From NCBI GenBank assembly GCA_963783865.1, contig CAWAPD010000003.1, positions 485,009 through 549,008 of the forward strand: a DNA stretch of 64,000 nucleotides, read 5' to 3'. Positions 19,735 to 29,022 of this stretch are shown here, piece by piece (within the stretch, counting starts at the first letter, position 1; each line of letters starts with the position of its first letter). The position numbers and the translations under genes were made by a program. The stretch is from an uncultured Actinomycetes bacterium (GTDB lineage Bacteria; Actinomycetota; Thermoleophilia; UBA2241). Under the pieces are notes generated by a model. It was not told where the DNA came from and searched no databases. It was given only the letters and a program-made list of their open reading frames with translations.

Positions 19735-20408
19735 CCCCGCACGACACGTCGCGCGGCTTCTTTATCACGGTCGAAGGCATCGACCGCTCCGGCAAGACCA
19801 CGCAGGTCGAGCGGCTGCGCGCCGCGCTCCTGGACCGCGGCCTGCCGGTCGGCTACGCGGGCGTGCCCGGGGGCTCGCTGCGCGAGCCCGGCGGCACGCC
19901 CACCGGCGAGGCCGTCCGCGAGGTGCTCCTGCACCGCCACGACGTCGACCCGTGGGCCGAGGCGCTGCTCTACGCGGCCGCCCGGGCCCAGCTGGCGCGC
20001 GACGTCGTCGCGCCGGCGCTGGCGGCCGGCATGATCGTCCTGCTCGACCGCTACGTCGACTCCTCGCTGGCCTACCAGGGGCACGCGCGCGGGCTCGGTC
20101 TCGAGCGCGTCCTCGAGCTCAACGAGTGGGCCACCGGCGGGCTGCTGCCCGACCTGACGCTGCTGCTGCGCGTCGACCCCGACGTGGCCTGGGCCCGCGA
20201 CGGCGGAGCCGCCGACCGCATGGAGCGGCAGGGCGTCGCGTTCCAGCGCCTCGTCGCCGCCGGCTACGACGAGGTCGCGCGGCGGTTCCCCGAGCGGGTC
20301 GTCGTGGTCGACGGGGCCGGCCCCGTCGACAAGGTGGCGGCCCTGGTCGAATCGCAGGTCACCGGACGCCTGGCGGCGACCAGATGGGGGGCGACGGTTG
20401 TTCGCTGA
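19698..20408 (+). CDS. tmk: thymidylate kinase
   Basis: P-loop FITVEGIDRSGKTTQ, DRYVDSSLAYQG; start uncertain (no ATG/GTG immediately after topA stop; TTG 19698 is the nearest in-frame candidate). Confidence 0.75.
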   Translation: MSHQGEVQEARVAPHDTSRGFFITVEGIDRSGKTTQVERLRAALLDRGLPVGYAGVPGGSLREPGGTPTGEAVREVLLHRHDVDPWAEALLYAAARAQLARDVVAPALAAGMIVLLDRYVDSSLAYQGHARGLGLERVLELNEWATGGLLPDLTLLLRVDPDVAWARDGGAADRMERQGVAFQRLVAAGYDEVARRFPERVVVVDGAGPVDKVAALVESQVTGRLAATRWGATVVR

Positions 20409-21513
20409 CGTCCCCGGTCAGGAACGGGCCAAGGCATATGTGGCCGAGGTACTCGCGCGCGGGCCCGGCCACGCGTATCTGCTGGCCGGGCCCGAGGGCC
20501 TCGGCAAGCGCGACTTCGCGCGGGAGTTCGCGGCCGCCCTGGTGACGCCGTGCGGCGGCTGTGGCGAGTGCGCCGACTGCGAGCGTGCCCGGCGCGGCGC
20601 CCATCCCGACCTCGTGGTGATCGAGCGCGAAGGCGAGTTCATCCGCATCGAGCAGGTCGCGCGCCTGATCGCCGACCTCAGCCTCAAGCCCTTCTCGGCC
20701 GAGCGCCGGGTCTGGGTCATCATCGAGCCCGAACGGATGAACGTCGAGGCCGCGAACAAGTTCCTCAAGAGCCTCGAGGAGCCGCCGGCGCACGTCCACT
20801 TCGTGCTCGTCAGCGACGCGCCCGAACGGGTGCTGCCGACGGTGCTCTCGCGCTGTCAGCGGATCGACTTCGGTCCCGTCGCCGACCACGAACTGGCCGA
20901 GGCGCTGGAGGCGCGCGAGGGACTGCCGCCGCAGGCGGCCCTCGCCCTCGCGCGCCTGGCCCGCGGCTCGATCGGCAGAGCCCGGCGGCTCGCCGAGGAC
21001 GCCCGCGGCGACGGCCGGCGTGACCGTTACCTGCGGCTGGCCGCCCGCGTGGCCATGCACGACCGCGACGCCGAACGCGCCTTCGTCGACGAGGTCGAGC
21101 GCGCCGGGCAGGCCGTGTCGGCCGCCGTGGCGGCCGACATCGAGGCCCGGCGCGCCGAGCTCGAACGCAGCGTCTTCGACAAGCAGGAGCTGGCGTGGCA
21201 CACGCGCCGGCTCGATGGGTTGGCGCGGCGCGAGGAAGCGCGGCGCGCGCGGCTGTCGTATCTCGACGCCGTGGACCACCTCGCCAGCTGGCTGCACGAC
21301 GCCTGGGCCGTCGGCCTGGGCGCGCCGCAGGCGGCGTGGAACAGCGACCGCCTGGCCGAGCTGGAGCACGCGAGCGTGGCCCGGCCCGACCTGTACGCGG
21401 GTCTGATCGCGGTGGCCGACGCCACCCGCAAGGACCTGTCTCTGAACGTCGATCGCGGGCTTGCCCTTCGGGCCATGTTCGCCCGTTTCCAGGAGGTCTG
21501 GGAGAGTGCCTAA
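20398..21513 (+). CDS. holB: DNA polymerase III delta-prime subunit
   Basis: LLAGPEGLGKRDFAREFAAAL Walker-A-like, CGGCGECADC zinc module, SRCQRIDF; TTG start overlapping tmk end. Confidence 0.8.
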   Translation: MFADVPGQERAKAYVAEVLARGPGHAYLLAGPEGLGKRDFAREFAAALVTPCGGCGECADCERARRGAHPDLVVIEREGEFIRIEQVARLIADLSLKPFSAERRVWVIIEPERMNVEAANKFLKSLEEPPAHVHFVLVSDAPERVLPTVLSRCQRIDFGPVADHELAEALEAREGLPPQAALALARLARGSIGRARRLAEDARGDGRRDRYLRLAARVAMHDRDAERAFVDEVERAGQAVSAAVAADIEARRAELERSVFDKQELAWHTRRLDGLARREEARRARLSYLDAVDHLASWLHDAWAVGLGAPQAAWNSDRLAELEHASVARPDLYAGLIAVADATRKDLSLNVDRGLALRAMFARFQEVWESA

Positions 21514-22318
21514 TGTCGTCAGCGTCGTCTTCAACGACGGCGGCAAGGTGTACCACTTCGACGCCGGCGAGCTCGAGCTTGCGCCCGGCGACCGCGTCGT
21601 CGTCGAGACGCAGCGCGGGACCGACTTCGGCCGCGTCGTCGGCGGCATGGGCGAGGCCACGGCCGACGCGTCACGCGGCCTCAAGCGCGTCGTGCGCGTG
21701 GCGACGGCGGCCGACGAGGAGCGTGCGCGCTCCAACACGGCCGTCGTCGCCGACGCCCTTGCGGCCTGCCGCGAGCTCGTCGCCGATATGGGCCTCGCCA
21801 TGAAGGTCGTCTCGGCCGAGAGCACGTTCGACGGCGGCCGTCTCACCGTGTCGTACTTCTCGGAGGACCGCGTCGACACGCGCGACCTCGCGAGCCGCCT
21901 GAACGACCGCGTTCGCCGGCGCATCGAGTTGCGCCCGGTCACGGCCCGCGACGAGGCTCGCCTGGTCGGCGGCTACGGGCCCTGCGGCCGGCGCCTGTGC
22001 TGCTCGCTGTTCGCCGGCAACCAGGAGCCGGTCTCGATCCGCATGGCCAAGGACCAGAACCTTCCGCTCAACCCGTCGAAGATCTCGGGGGGCTGCGGCC
22101 GGCTCATGTGCTGCCTCAAGTACGAGCACAAGGTCTACGTCGACTTCCGCCAGCGCGCTCCCAAGAAGGGTGCCTACGTGACGACTCCCTCGGGAAAGGG
22201 AAAGGTCGTCGAGTTGCTGGCGCCGACCGACAGCGTGGCCGTCGACCTCGGCGAGGGTCGGGTCGGCACCTGGAAGCTCTCCGAGCTGCTCGACGGCGAC
22301 GACAGGGAGGACGCATGA
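21506..22318 (+). CDS. PSP1-domain protein (YaaT/RicT-like regulatory protein)
   Basis: N-terminal VVSVVFNDGGKVYHFDAGELELAPGDRVVVETQRGTDFGRVV and Cys-rich PSP1 C-terminal core; conserved tmk-holB-yaaT arrangement. Confidence 0.75.
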   Translation: MPNVVSVVFNDGGKVYHFDAGELELAPGDRVVVETQRGTDFGRVVGGMGEATADASRGLKRVVRVATAADEERARSNTAVVADALAACRELVADMGLAMKVVSAESTFDGGRLTVSYFSEDRVDTRDLASRLNDRVRRRIELRPVTARDEARLVGGYGPCGRRLCCSLFAGNQEPVSIRMAKDQNLPLNPSKISGGCGRLMCCLKYEHKVYVDFRQRAPKKGAYVTTPSGKGKVVELLAPTDSVAVDLGEGRVGTWKLSELLDGDDREDA

Positions 22319-22551
22319 CCGACGACAGGCACGTGGTGCTGAACGTCCCCGACATCTCCTGCAACCACTGCAAGATGGCGATCGAGAAGGCGCTCGCCGA
22401 CGTCGAGGGCGTCGGCGACGTCGAGGTCGAGGTCGAAGCCAAGACGGTGGGGCTGCGCTACGACGCCGCCCGCACCGACCTGGACGCCGTCGAGCGGGTC
22501 ATGACCGACGAGGGGTATCCGGTCGCCGGGCGGCACGAGTTCGACAGCTAG
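22315..22551 (+). CDS. copZ: heavy-metal-associated (HMA) domain metallochaperone, CopZ-like
   Basis: 78 aa with CNHC metal-binding motif in the betaalphabetabetaalphabeta HMA position; ATGA overlap with upstream stop. Confidence 0.7.
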   Translation: MTDDRHVVLNVPDISCNHCKMAIEKALADVEGVGDVEVEVEAKTVGLRYDAARTDLDAVERVMTDEGYPVAGRHEFDS

Positions 22552-22557
22552 CCGCGC

Positions 22558-22640
22558 GGGTTCGAACGCGCTCCCGGCAGGCTAGAACGCGTTCCCGGCG
22601 GGCTGGAACGCATACTCGGCGGCTGGTACGATACACGACC
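22558..22640. repeat. three and a half tandem copies of an imperfect about 21-bp direct repeat (GCTRGAACGCNYNCCCGGCRG) immediately upstream of tRNA-Lys
   Basis: GGGTTCGAACGCGCTCCCGGCAG / GCTAGAACGCGTTCCCGGCGG / GCTGGAACGCATACTCGGCGG / CTGGTACGATACAC... Confidence 0.6.
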
Positions 22641-22647
22641 ATCGCGT

Positions 22648-22723
22648 GGGCCGTTAGCTTAGCTGGTAGAGCAGGGGACTCTTAATCCCAAGGTCGAAGG
22701 TTCGAATCCTTCACGGCCCACCA
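22648..22723 (+). tRNA. tRNA-Lys (anticodon CTT), CCA encoded
   Basis: Acceptor GGGCCGT/ACGGCCC, anticodon loop CTCTTAA, T-arm GGTTCGAATCC; 76 nt. Confidence 0.9.
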
Positions 22724-22777
22724 TCTCCTTGCGTCGCCGGAGGCATTGCGAAGGCCGCCGGCGGGGATGTATCTTCG

Positions 22778-23623
22778 GTGATGCCGACGAAGGGACGGAG
22801 AGTGCGACGTACGCGGACGCTGCGCGATTCGGGACTGGAGTTGACGCGCTCCTGGCGCGGGGCCCTTCCCGTTGACGGACGCGACGCCGTCCGGCAGTTC
22901 CTCATCCTCCTGCTCAGCTACCTGGCGTATGACGCGGCCCGCATGGCCGTGCACGGCCGCGAGGTGCTTGCGATGGCCAACGCCCAGCGGATCATCGCCG
23001 CCGAGCGGGCTCTGGGGGTGTACATCGAGCCTTGGGTCCAGACCCAGGTCAGCCACGTGTACCCGCTCCTGCTCGCGTTCAACTGGCTCTACGTGAACCT
23101 CCACCTGCCGGTCACGATCGTCACTCTCACGTGGATCTACCTGTACCGCAACGAGGCCTGGTCGCTGTTCCGCAACGTCTTCCTCACGATGAACGCGTGC
23201 GCCATGGTGGTGTTCGCGATGGTGCCCGTGGCGCCGCCGCGGCTGGTGCCGACCTCGGGAGTCGTGGACACCCTGTTCGTCTTCTCCTCCAGCAACTACC
23301 GGAGCGGCATCCTGTCGATCGTCACCAACCAGTACGCCGCCTTCCCGAGCCTGCACATCGGGTACGCGCTCTTCTCCACCTTGGCCGTGTGCCTGCTCAC
23401 CCGCAACCGGCTGGCACGGGCCCTGGCCGTCGTCTACCCGTTCATCGTGCTGGCCGGCATCGTGATCACCGGCAACCACTACCTCCTCGACGCCGCGGCC
23501 GGGGTCGCCGTGCTGGCCGTGGCCTTCGCCGCCAACTACCTGGTGGCTCCCGACGAGGTCCCCGAGGCGATCGCGATCGCCAGCCGCTGGCCGGACGACC
23601 GCTGGCATCGGCCCCGGGACTGA
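22778..23623 (+). CDS. PAP2-superfamily (PAP2_C/Aur1-like) integral membrane phosphatase/transferase
   Basis: PSLH and NHYLLD (HxxxD) PAP2 catalytic motifs in a 6-TM protein. Confidence 0.7.
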   Translation: MMPTKGRRVRRTRTLRDSGLELTRSWRGALPVDGRDAVRQFLILLLSYLAYDAARMAVHGREVLAMANAQRIIAAERALGVYIEPWVQTQVSHVYPLLLAFNWLYVNLHLPVTIVTLTWIYLYRNEAWSLFRNVFLTMNACAMVVFAMVPVAPPRLVPTSGVVDTLFVFSSSNYRSGILSIVTNQYAAFPSLHIGYALFSTLAVCLLTRNRLARALAVVYPFIVLAGIVITGNHYLLDAAAGVAVLAVAFAANYLVAPDEVPEAIAIASRWPDDRWHRPRD

Positions 23624-23665
23624 TGTGCTGACGCCGGTCTGCCGCCAAGGCGGCGCCCCATCCGC

Positions 23666-24277
23666 ATGAGCGTCAAGGACTGGTACACGACGAGCATGCG
23701 CGGCGCCGCGACGTCCTTCGCGACGCGGATCGTGGTCGCCGGCCACATCACGCCGAACAACCTGACGATCGCCGGGCTGATCCTGAGCGCCGCGACGATC
23801 CCGCTGATCATCCGCGGGCACTTCATCATGGCCGCCCTCGTGCTGCTCGCCGCCGGCGTCTGCGACATGCTCGACGGCGCCGTGGCTCGCATCTCGCAGA
23901 ACGTCACGCCCTTCGGCGCCTTCCTCGATTCGACCAGCGACCGGTTGTCGGAGGGCTTCGTGCTCATGGGGATCGGACTGTGGTACGCGATCCACGACTC
24001 GTTCTTCATGCTCGGCGTGGTGTTCGTGGTGCTCATCTGCTCGTTCCTTGTCTCGTACGCGCGGGCCCGGGCCGAGGCCGTGGGGCTCGAGTGCAAGGTC
24101 GGGTTCGCCTCGCGGCCCGAGCGTCTGGTCGGCCTGATGATCGGTCTGATCCTGGCTCGCTACCACGTGCTGGTCTTCATGCTCCTTCTGCTCGCCGTGC
24201 TGACCACCTGGACGGTCGTCGTGCGCATCCTCCACGTGCGCAAGCAGATGGTGTCGGGGCCGGTCCCGCCGGCCTGA
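23666..24277 (+). CDS. CDP-alcohol phosphatidyltransferase (phosphatidylinositol-phosphate synthase-like)
   Basis: D-x2-DG-x2-AR...G-x3-D-x3-D motif (CDMLDGAVAR...GAFLDSTSDR) in a small polytopic membrane protein adjacent to ino1. Confidence 0.8.
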   Translation: MSVKDWYTTSMRGAATSFATRIVVAGHITPNNLTIAGLILSAATIPLIIRGHFIMAALVLLAAGVCDMLDGAVARISQNVTPFGAFLDSTSDRLSEGFVLMGIGLWYAIHDSFFMLGVVFVVLICSFLVSYARARAEAVGLECKVGFASRPERLVGLMIGLILARYHVLVFMLLLLAVLTTWTVVVRILHVRKQMVSGPVPPA

Positions 24278-24436
24278 CGCGCCGCTGCCGCCGGGCCTGA
24301 CGCGCCGCCTCCGCCGGCACCCTTGCCGCCCCGGTCCGCGAGGGGCCCTGTGGTATACTCCGCGGCGTTCAGGCAGAGTCCACACGGCCGCGACGGGGCT
24401 CCTTCCGCGGCTTGGACCGCTCAACTGGAGGGAACC

Positions 24437-25540
24437 TTGAGCAACCCCGTTCGTGTCGCCATCATCGGTGTCGGCAACTGCGCCTCGTCGTTCGTGCAGG
24501 GCGTTGAGTTCTACAAGAACGCGAAGAAGTCCGACTTCGTCCCCGGTCTCATGCATCCCGTGCTGGGGGGCTACCACATCCGGGACATCGACTTCGTGGC
24601 CGCGATCGACGTCGACAAGAACAAGGTCGGCAAGGACCTCTCAGAGGCCGTCTTCACCAAGCCCAACAACACCGTCCAGTTCACCGACGTGCCGTCCAAG
24701 GGCGTCAAGGTCGTGCGGGGCATGACCCACGACGGGCTCGGCAAGTACCTGTCGCAGATCATCGAGAAGGCGCCGGGACCCACGGCCGACATCGTCGGCA
24801 TCCTCAAGGAGACGCAGGCCGACGTCGTCGTCAACTACCTGCCGGTGGGCAGCGAAGAGGCCACCAAGTGGTACACCGAGCAGATCCTGACCGCCGGTTG
24901 CGCCATGGTGAACTGCATCCCCGTGTTCATCGCCCGCGAGCCCTACTGGCAGAAGCGGTTCGTCGAGGCGGGCGTGCCGGTCATCGGCGACGACATCAAG
25001 AGCCAGGTCGGCGCCACCATCGTGCACCGCGTGCTCACTCGCCTGATGCGCGAGCGTGGCGTCAGGCTCGAGCGCACGAGCCAGCTGAACGTCGGCGGCA
25101 ACACCGACTTCCTCAACATGCTCGAACGCGAGCGCCTCGAGTCCAAGAAGATCTCCAAGACCAACGCGGTCACCAGCCAGCTCGACTACGACATGGGGGC
25201 CAAGAACGTGCACATCGGGCCGAGCGACTATGTCGAGTGGCTCGACGACCGCAAGTGGGCCTACATCCGCATGGAGGGCCGCACGTTCGGCGACGTGCCG
25301 CTGAACATCGAGCTCAAGCTCGAGGTGGTCGACTCCCCCAACAGCGCGGGCATCGTGATCGACGCCGTGCGCTGCGCCAAGATCGGTCTCGACCGCGGCA
25401 TGTCGGGATCGCTCGAGGGCCCGAGCTCGTACTTCATGAAGTCGCCGCCCGTGCAGCATCCCGACGACCTCTGCCGCCGGATGACCGAGGAGTTCATCGC
25501 GGGCGAGGGTCCCGGAGCCACGGCCATCTGCCAGGGCTGA
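24437..25540 (+). CDS. ino1: myo-inositol-1-phosphate (inositol-3-phosphate) synthase
   Basis: [21 protein letters not shown] Rossmann N-terminus and overall architecture of bacterial/archaeal Ino1; TTG start 7 nt after GGAGGG. Confidence 0.9.
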   Translation: MSNPVRVAIIGVGNCASSFVQGVEFYKNAKKSDFVPGLMHPVLGGYHIRDIDFVAAIDVDKNKVGKDLSEAVFTKPNNTVQFTDVPSKGVKVVRGMTHDGLGKYLSQIIEKAPGPTADIVGILKETQADVVVNYLPVGSEEATKWYTEQILTAGCAMVNCIPVFIAREPYWQKRFVEAGVPVIGDDIKSQVGATIVHRVLTRLMRERGVRLERTSQLNVGGNTDFLNMLERERLESKKISKTNAVTSQLDYDMGAKNVHIGPSDYVEWLDDRKWAYIRMEGRTFGDVPLNIELKLEVVDSPNSAGIVIDAVRCAKIGLDRGMSGSLEGPSSYFMKSPPVQHPDDLCRRMTEEFIAGEGPGATAICQG

Positions 25541-25611
25541 GCCCGGCGGCAGGGTGAGCCGCCGGCGCGAGCGGGTGTGCCGGCGACGCTGAGGGGCATC
25601 GGGAGGGCTGC

Positions 25612-27549
25612 GTGACGAGTCCGAGCTACAAGATCGGCATGCTCACCCCGTACGGCTGGACCGAGCCCGGCGGGGTGAACCAGCACATCGCCGCCCTGGC
25701 CGAGCGGTTCACGGCCGTCGGCCACCGCGTCACGATCATCGCGCCCAGCGACGACCGGGCGGCGGTCAAGGACGCACGCGCCCGCGTGCGCGCCGTGCTC
25801 CTCGAGGAACGAGACACGGTCTTCACGCCTGACGAGTCGTACCCCAGGTACTTCTTCGCCGGCGGCGCCTACAAGATCCGCTACAACCGCTCCGTCAGCG
25901 TCATCGCCGTGCCGTCGTCGCTCGTGTCGAACGTCGACGTGCTCATGGAGGCGGAGCACCTCGACCTGCTCCACATCCACGAGCCCTTCGTCCCCAGCCT
26001 GGGCTGGAACGCGCTGCGCCACTCCACCTGTCCCATGGTCGCCACGTTCCACGCCAACGCCGAACGGTTCCTGTCGTACGCCACCTTCTCGTCGCTGGCG
26101 CAGCGCTACATGGACCAGTTCGACGCGGCGATCGCCGTGTCGCGGGCGGCGCGCGACACGGCCGCCAAGTACCTCGATGCCGACTTCCGCATCATCCCCA
26201 ACGGGATCGACCTGTCGCGGTTCCCGCCGGCCGGCGAGCGCCGTCCCGGTCCGCCGCGGGTGCTCTTCCTGGGCACCGACTCGCGGCGCAAGGGCCTGCC
26301 CGTCCTGCTCCGCTCGCTCCGCCATCTGGGCGACCTCGACGGGTTCGAGATCGACGTCGCCGGCTCGGACAAGCACGAGCAGCGGTTCGGCAAGCTCGTG
26401 CCCGACGGGTTCGCCGGGCGCGTCCATTTCCGAGGACGGGTGCCCAGCGACGAGGTCGTGCGGCTGTATCAGGACGCCGACGTCTTCTGCGCGCCGTCGC
26501 TCGGCAACGAGTCGTTCGGCATCGTGCTGCTCGAGGCGATGGCCACCGGCACGGCCATCGTCGCCTCCGACATCGACGGGTACCGCGACGTGGTCGGCGA
26601 CGGCAGCGAGGGGATCCTCGTCGAGCCGCGCGACGAGCGCGCCCTGGCCGGCGCCCTGCGGCGCATGCTCGGCGACGACGACCTGCGCGCGTCGTGCGCG
26701 CGGCGCGGGGTCGTCAAGGCACAGCGCTACAGCTGGGACAACGTCGCCCGTGAGGTGGAGGGGGTCTACGCGGAGGTGTTCAAGCAGCTCAAGCGCCCCG
26801 AGGTGATACGGGCGCGGGCGCGGGCGAGGTCCGAGGTGCTGGCCGACCTGCACGTGCACTCGCACCACTCGGACGACTGCGTGATGACGATCCCCGAGAT
26901 CCTCGCCCGCGCTCGCGAGTGCGGCCTGGGCGCGATCGCGATCACCGATCACAACACGATCGCCGGCGGTCTCGAGGCCGTGCCGCAGGGTCCCGACTAC
27001 GGGATCAGGGTCATCGTCGGCGAGGAAGTCAAGACCGGCGAGGGCGAGATCATCGGCCTGTTCCTCGACGAGAACATCCCGCCCGGCCTCTCGTTCGCCG
27101 AGACGATCGCCGAGATCCACCGTCAGGGGGGCATCGTGTACGTGCCGCACCCCTTCGATCGCCTGCACACGGTGCCGAGCTACACCCTGCTCAAGGCCAG
27201 CGTCGGCGGGCTCGACGTGGTCGAGACCTTCAACTCGCGCATCGCGTTTCCGGGCTTCAACGAGCGGGCGGAGCGCTTCGCGGCCCGGTATCGCCTCGCC
27301 GCTGCGGCCGGCAGCGACGCCCACGTGCTGCCGGGGATCGGCACGGCGATGACGGGGATGGCGGCCTTCACCGGTCCCGACGACTTCCTCGAGGCCCTGG
27401 CCGGCGGGCGCATCATCCGCCGCCACAAGAGCCTGCTCTACCTGCAGTCGCTCAAGCTCCTGCAGACGAGCTTCGAGGGAGGGGGACGCGCGCAGGGGGC
27501 GCCGGAGGCACGCTCCGCGCGCCGCCGGCGCCCCAGAATCGGTCCCTGA
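25612..27549 (+). CDS. PimA-like GT4 glycosyltransferase (phosphatidylinositol mannosyltransferase family) fused to a C-terminal PHP phosphoesterase domain
   Basis: N-terminal 380 aa align motif by motif with mycobacterial PimA (LHIHEPFVPSL, MVATFHAN, IPNGIDLSRF, ADVFCAPSLGNESFGIVLLEAMATGTAIVASDI); residues 400-645 carry a TrpH-like PHP domain (DLHVHSHHSDD, ITDHNT, HPFD); GTG after GGGAGGG. Confidence 0.8.
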   Translation: MTSPSYKIGMLTPYGWTEPGGVNQHIAALAERFTAVGHRVTIIAPSDDRAAVKDARARVRAVLLEERDTVFTPDESYPRYFFAGGAYKIRYNRSVSVIAVPSSLVSNVDVLMEAEHLDLLHIHEPFVPSLGWNALRHSTCPMVATFHANAERFLSYATFSSLAQRYMDQFDAAIAVSRAARDTAAKYLDADFRIIPNGIDLSRFPPAGERRPGPPRVLFLGTDSRRKGLPVLLRSLRHLGDLDGFEIDVAGSDKHEQRFGKLVPDGFAGRVHFRGRVPSDEVVRLYQDADVFCAPSLGNESFGIVLLEAMATGTAIVASDIDGYRDVVGDGSEGILVEPRDERALAGALRRMLGDDDLRASCARRGVVKAQRYSWDNVAREVEGVYAEVFKQLKRPEVIRARARARSEVLADLHVHSHHSDDCVMTIPEILARARECGLGAIAITDHNTIAGGLEAVPQGPDYGIRVIVGEEVKTGEGEIIGLFLDENIPPGLSFAETIAEIHRQGGIVYVPHPFDRLHTVPSYTLLKASVGGLDVVETFNSRIAFPGFNERAERFAARYRLAAAAGSDAHVLPGIGTAMTGMAAFTGPDDFLEALAGGRIIRRHKSLLYLQSLKLLQTSFEGGGRAQGAPEARSARRRRPRIGP

Positions 27550-27605
27550 GCAGGCGAAACCACGACATCGACGAGGTTGGTCGCGGGACACCACCTCGCG
27601 CTATC

Positions 27606-28274
27606 ATGAAGCGCAGGATTCGCCCCCGCCGCGCCAAATACTTAACGGCAGAGACCGAAAGGCGACTGGTGGCCCAACCGAACGAGATCTACGACAAGTA
27701 CCTCACGCGTGCGATCTCCGAGATCAACGAGCTGACCGGGGAGATCCTGCGGTGCCGCAAGTGCCCGCACACCCGCACGATGCCGGTCATCGGCTCCGGT
27801 CATCCCCTCGCCGACATCATCCTGCTGAAGTACAAGGTGCAACCGAGCGAGGCCCATGAGGGGGTGGCGTTCTTCGGGCGGGCCGGCACGGCGGTCATGA
27901 AGAGCTGCCAGCGGCTGGGCATCGATCCCCTGCAGCTCTACGGCACCAACGTCATCAAGTGCGTCGGTGTGCGTGAAGACGCCAAGGTCGAGGCCAGGTG
28001 CCTCGACTACCTGCGGCGCGAGATCGCGATCGTCGAACCCAAGATCGTCGTCGCCATGGGCGAGCACGTGGTCGGCGCCCTGAACGCGCTCGGGCTACCG
28101 CTGGCGCAGCCTCTCGAGTACAAGGCCGGCGAGATCGTCGAGCTCACCCCCGCGACCGAGGTGCTGATGACCCCCGACATCGACGCCTCGCTCGACGAGC
28201 AGCGCCTCAAGGCCTCGTTCTGGAAGGCGTTCCGCCGCCTCGGCGAGTGGTACGAGGCGATCCCACCCTACTGA
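27606..28274 (+). CDS. uracil-DNA glycosylase superfamily protein (family 4/5-like)
   Basis: CRKCP cysteines, GSGHPLADIILL motif-A region and FFGRAGT of UDG-fold enzymes. Confidence 0.65.
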   Translation: MKRRIRPRRAKYLTAETERRLVAQPNEIYDKYLTRAISEINELTGEILRCRKCPHTRTMPVIGSGHPLADIILLKYKVQPSEAHEGVAFFGRAGTAVMKSCQRLGIDPLQLYGTNVIKCVGVREDAKVEARCLDYLRREIAIVEPKIVVAMGEHVVGALNALGLPLAQPLEYKAGEIVELTPATEVLMTPDIDASLDEQRLKASFWKAFRRLGEWYEAIPPY

Positions 28275-28278
28275 TCCC

Positions 28279-29022
28279 TTGACCCGCGCCCGGATCGTCT
28301 CCGTCGCCGTAGCGGCGGCCCTGCTGGTCCTGTTCACCCTCGTCAGCGGTCCCTTACCGCGGTTCGAAGCCAGGGCCGACGCGATCGTGTCGATGGCGGC
28401 CGGCATCGCCGTGCTCGCCGTGATCGTGTGGGGCCTGCTCCCCCTGCGCCGCCTGGGCGCGCGCCTGCTCGTCGTGGCGGCGGTGGCGCTGGCGGTCGCC
28501 ATGGCGGCGACCTATCTCCATGCCACGGCGGTCATGGACCTGGCGAAGATCGCGTTCGGTGCCTGCGTCGGCTTCTGGCTCGGCACGACACTCGCCGAGC
28601 TGACCGAAGACGTGCGCTGGATCGTCGGGATCGCCGTCGCGGTGGCCGTGGCCGACGCGTTCAGCGTGTTCTCGCCGGTCGGCGTGACCCACTACCTGCT
28701 GACCCGGCAGCCGGCGACCGTGCCGTACTTCGTGGTCGCGTTCCCGACCATCGGCTACGCGGTGCGCGACGCCTACTCGGCGCTGGGGACGGCCGACGTC
28801 ATCTTCTACGGGCTCTACCTGGCGGCAGCCGCGGCCTTCCGGTTGCGCGTCGGCGCCACGGCCGCCGCCATGGCGGCCTCGGTCGTCGTGACGGCGGCCG
28901 TGGCCGTGTGGTGGCGGGCGCTGCCGGCGCTGCCGCTCATGGGGATCGCCTTCCTGGCGGCGAACGCCGACCTGCTGTGGCCGCTCCTGCGCGGTCCGGG
29001 GCGCAGCGTCAGCCGCGCGTGA
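28279..29022 (+). CDS. hypothetical polytopic membrane protein
   Basis: Continuous ORF of hydrophobic helices; TTG start; no recognisable motif. Confidence 0.45.
   Translation: MTRARIVSVAVAAALLVLFTLVSGPLPRFEARADAIVSMAAGIAVLAVIVWGLLPLRRLGARLLVVAAVALAVAMAATYLHATAVMDLAKIAFGACVGFWLGTTLAELTEDVRWIVGIAVAVAVADAFSVFSPVGVTHYLLTRQPATVPYFVVAFPTIGYAVRDAYSALGTADVIFYGLYLAAAAAFRLRVGATAAAMAASVVVTAAVAVWWRALPALPLMGIAFLAANADLLWPLLRGPGRSVSRA

Noticed and set aside
22648-22777. Integrated mobile element at tRNA-Lys (also at tRNA-Leu and tRNA-Thr)
   Set aside because: No integrase, transposase, phage genes or duplicated tRNA 3' segment flank any of the three tRNAs. Downstream genes are housekeeping.
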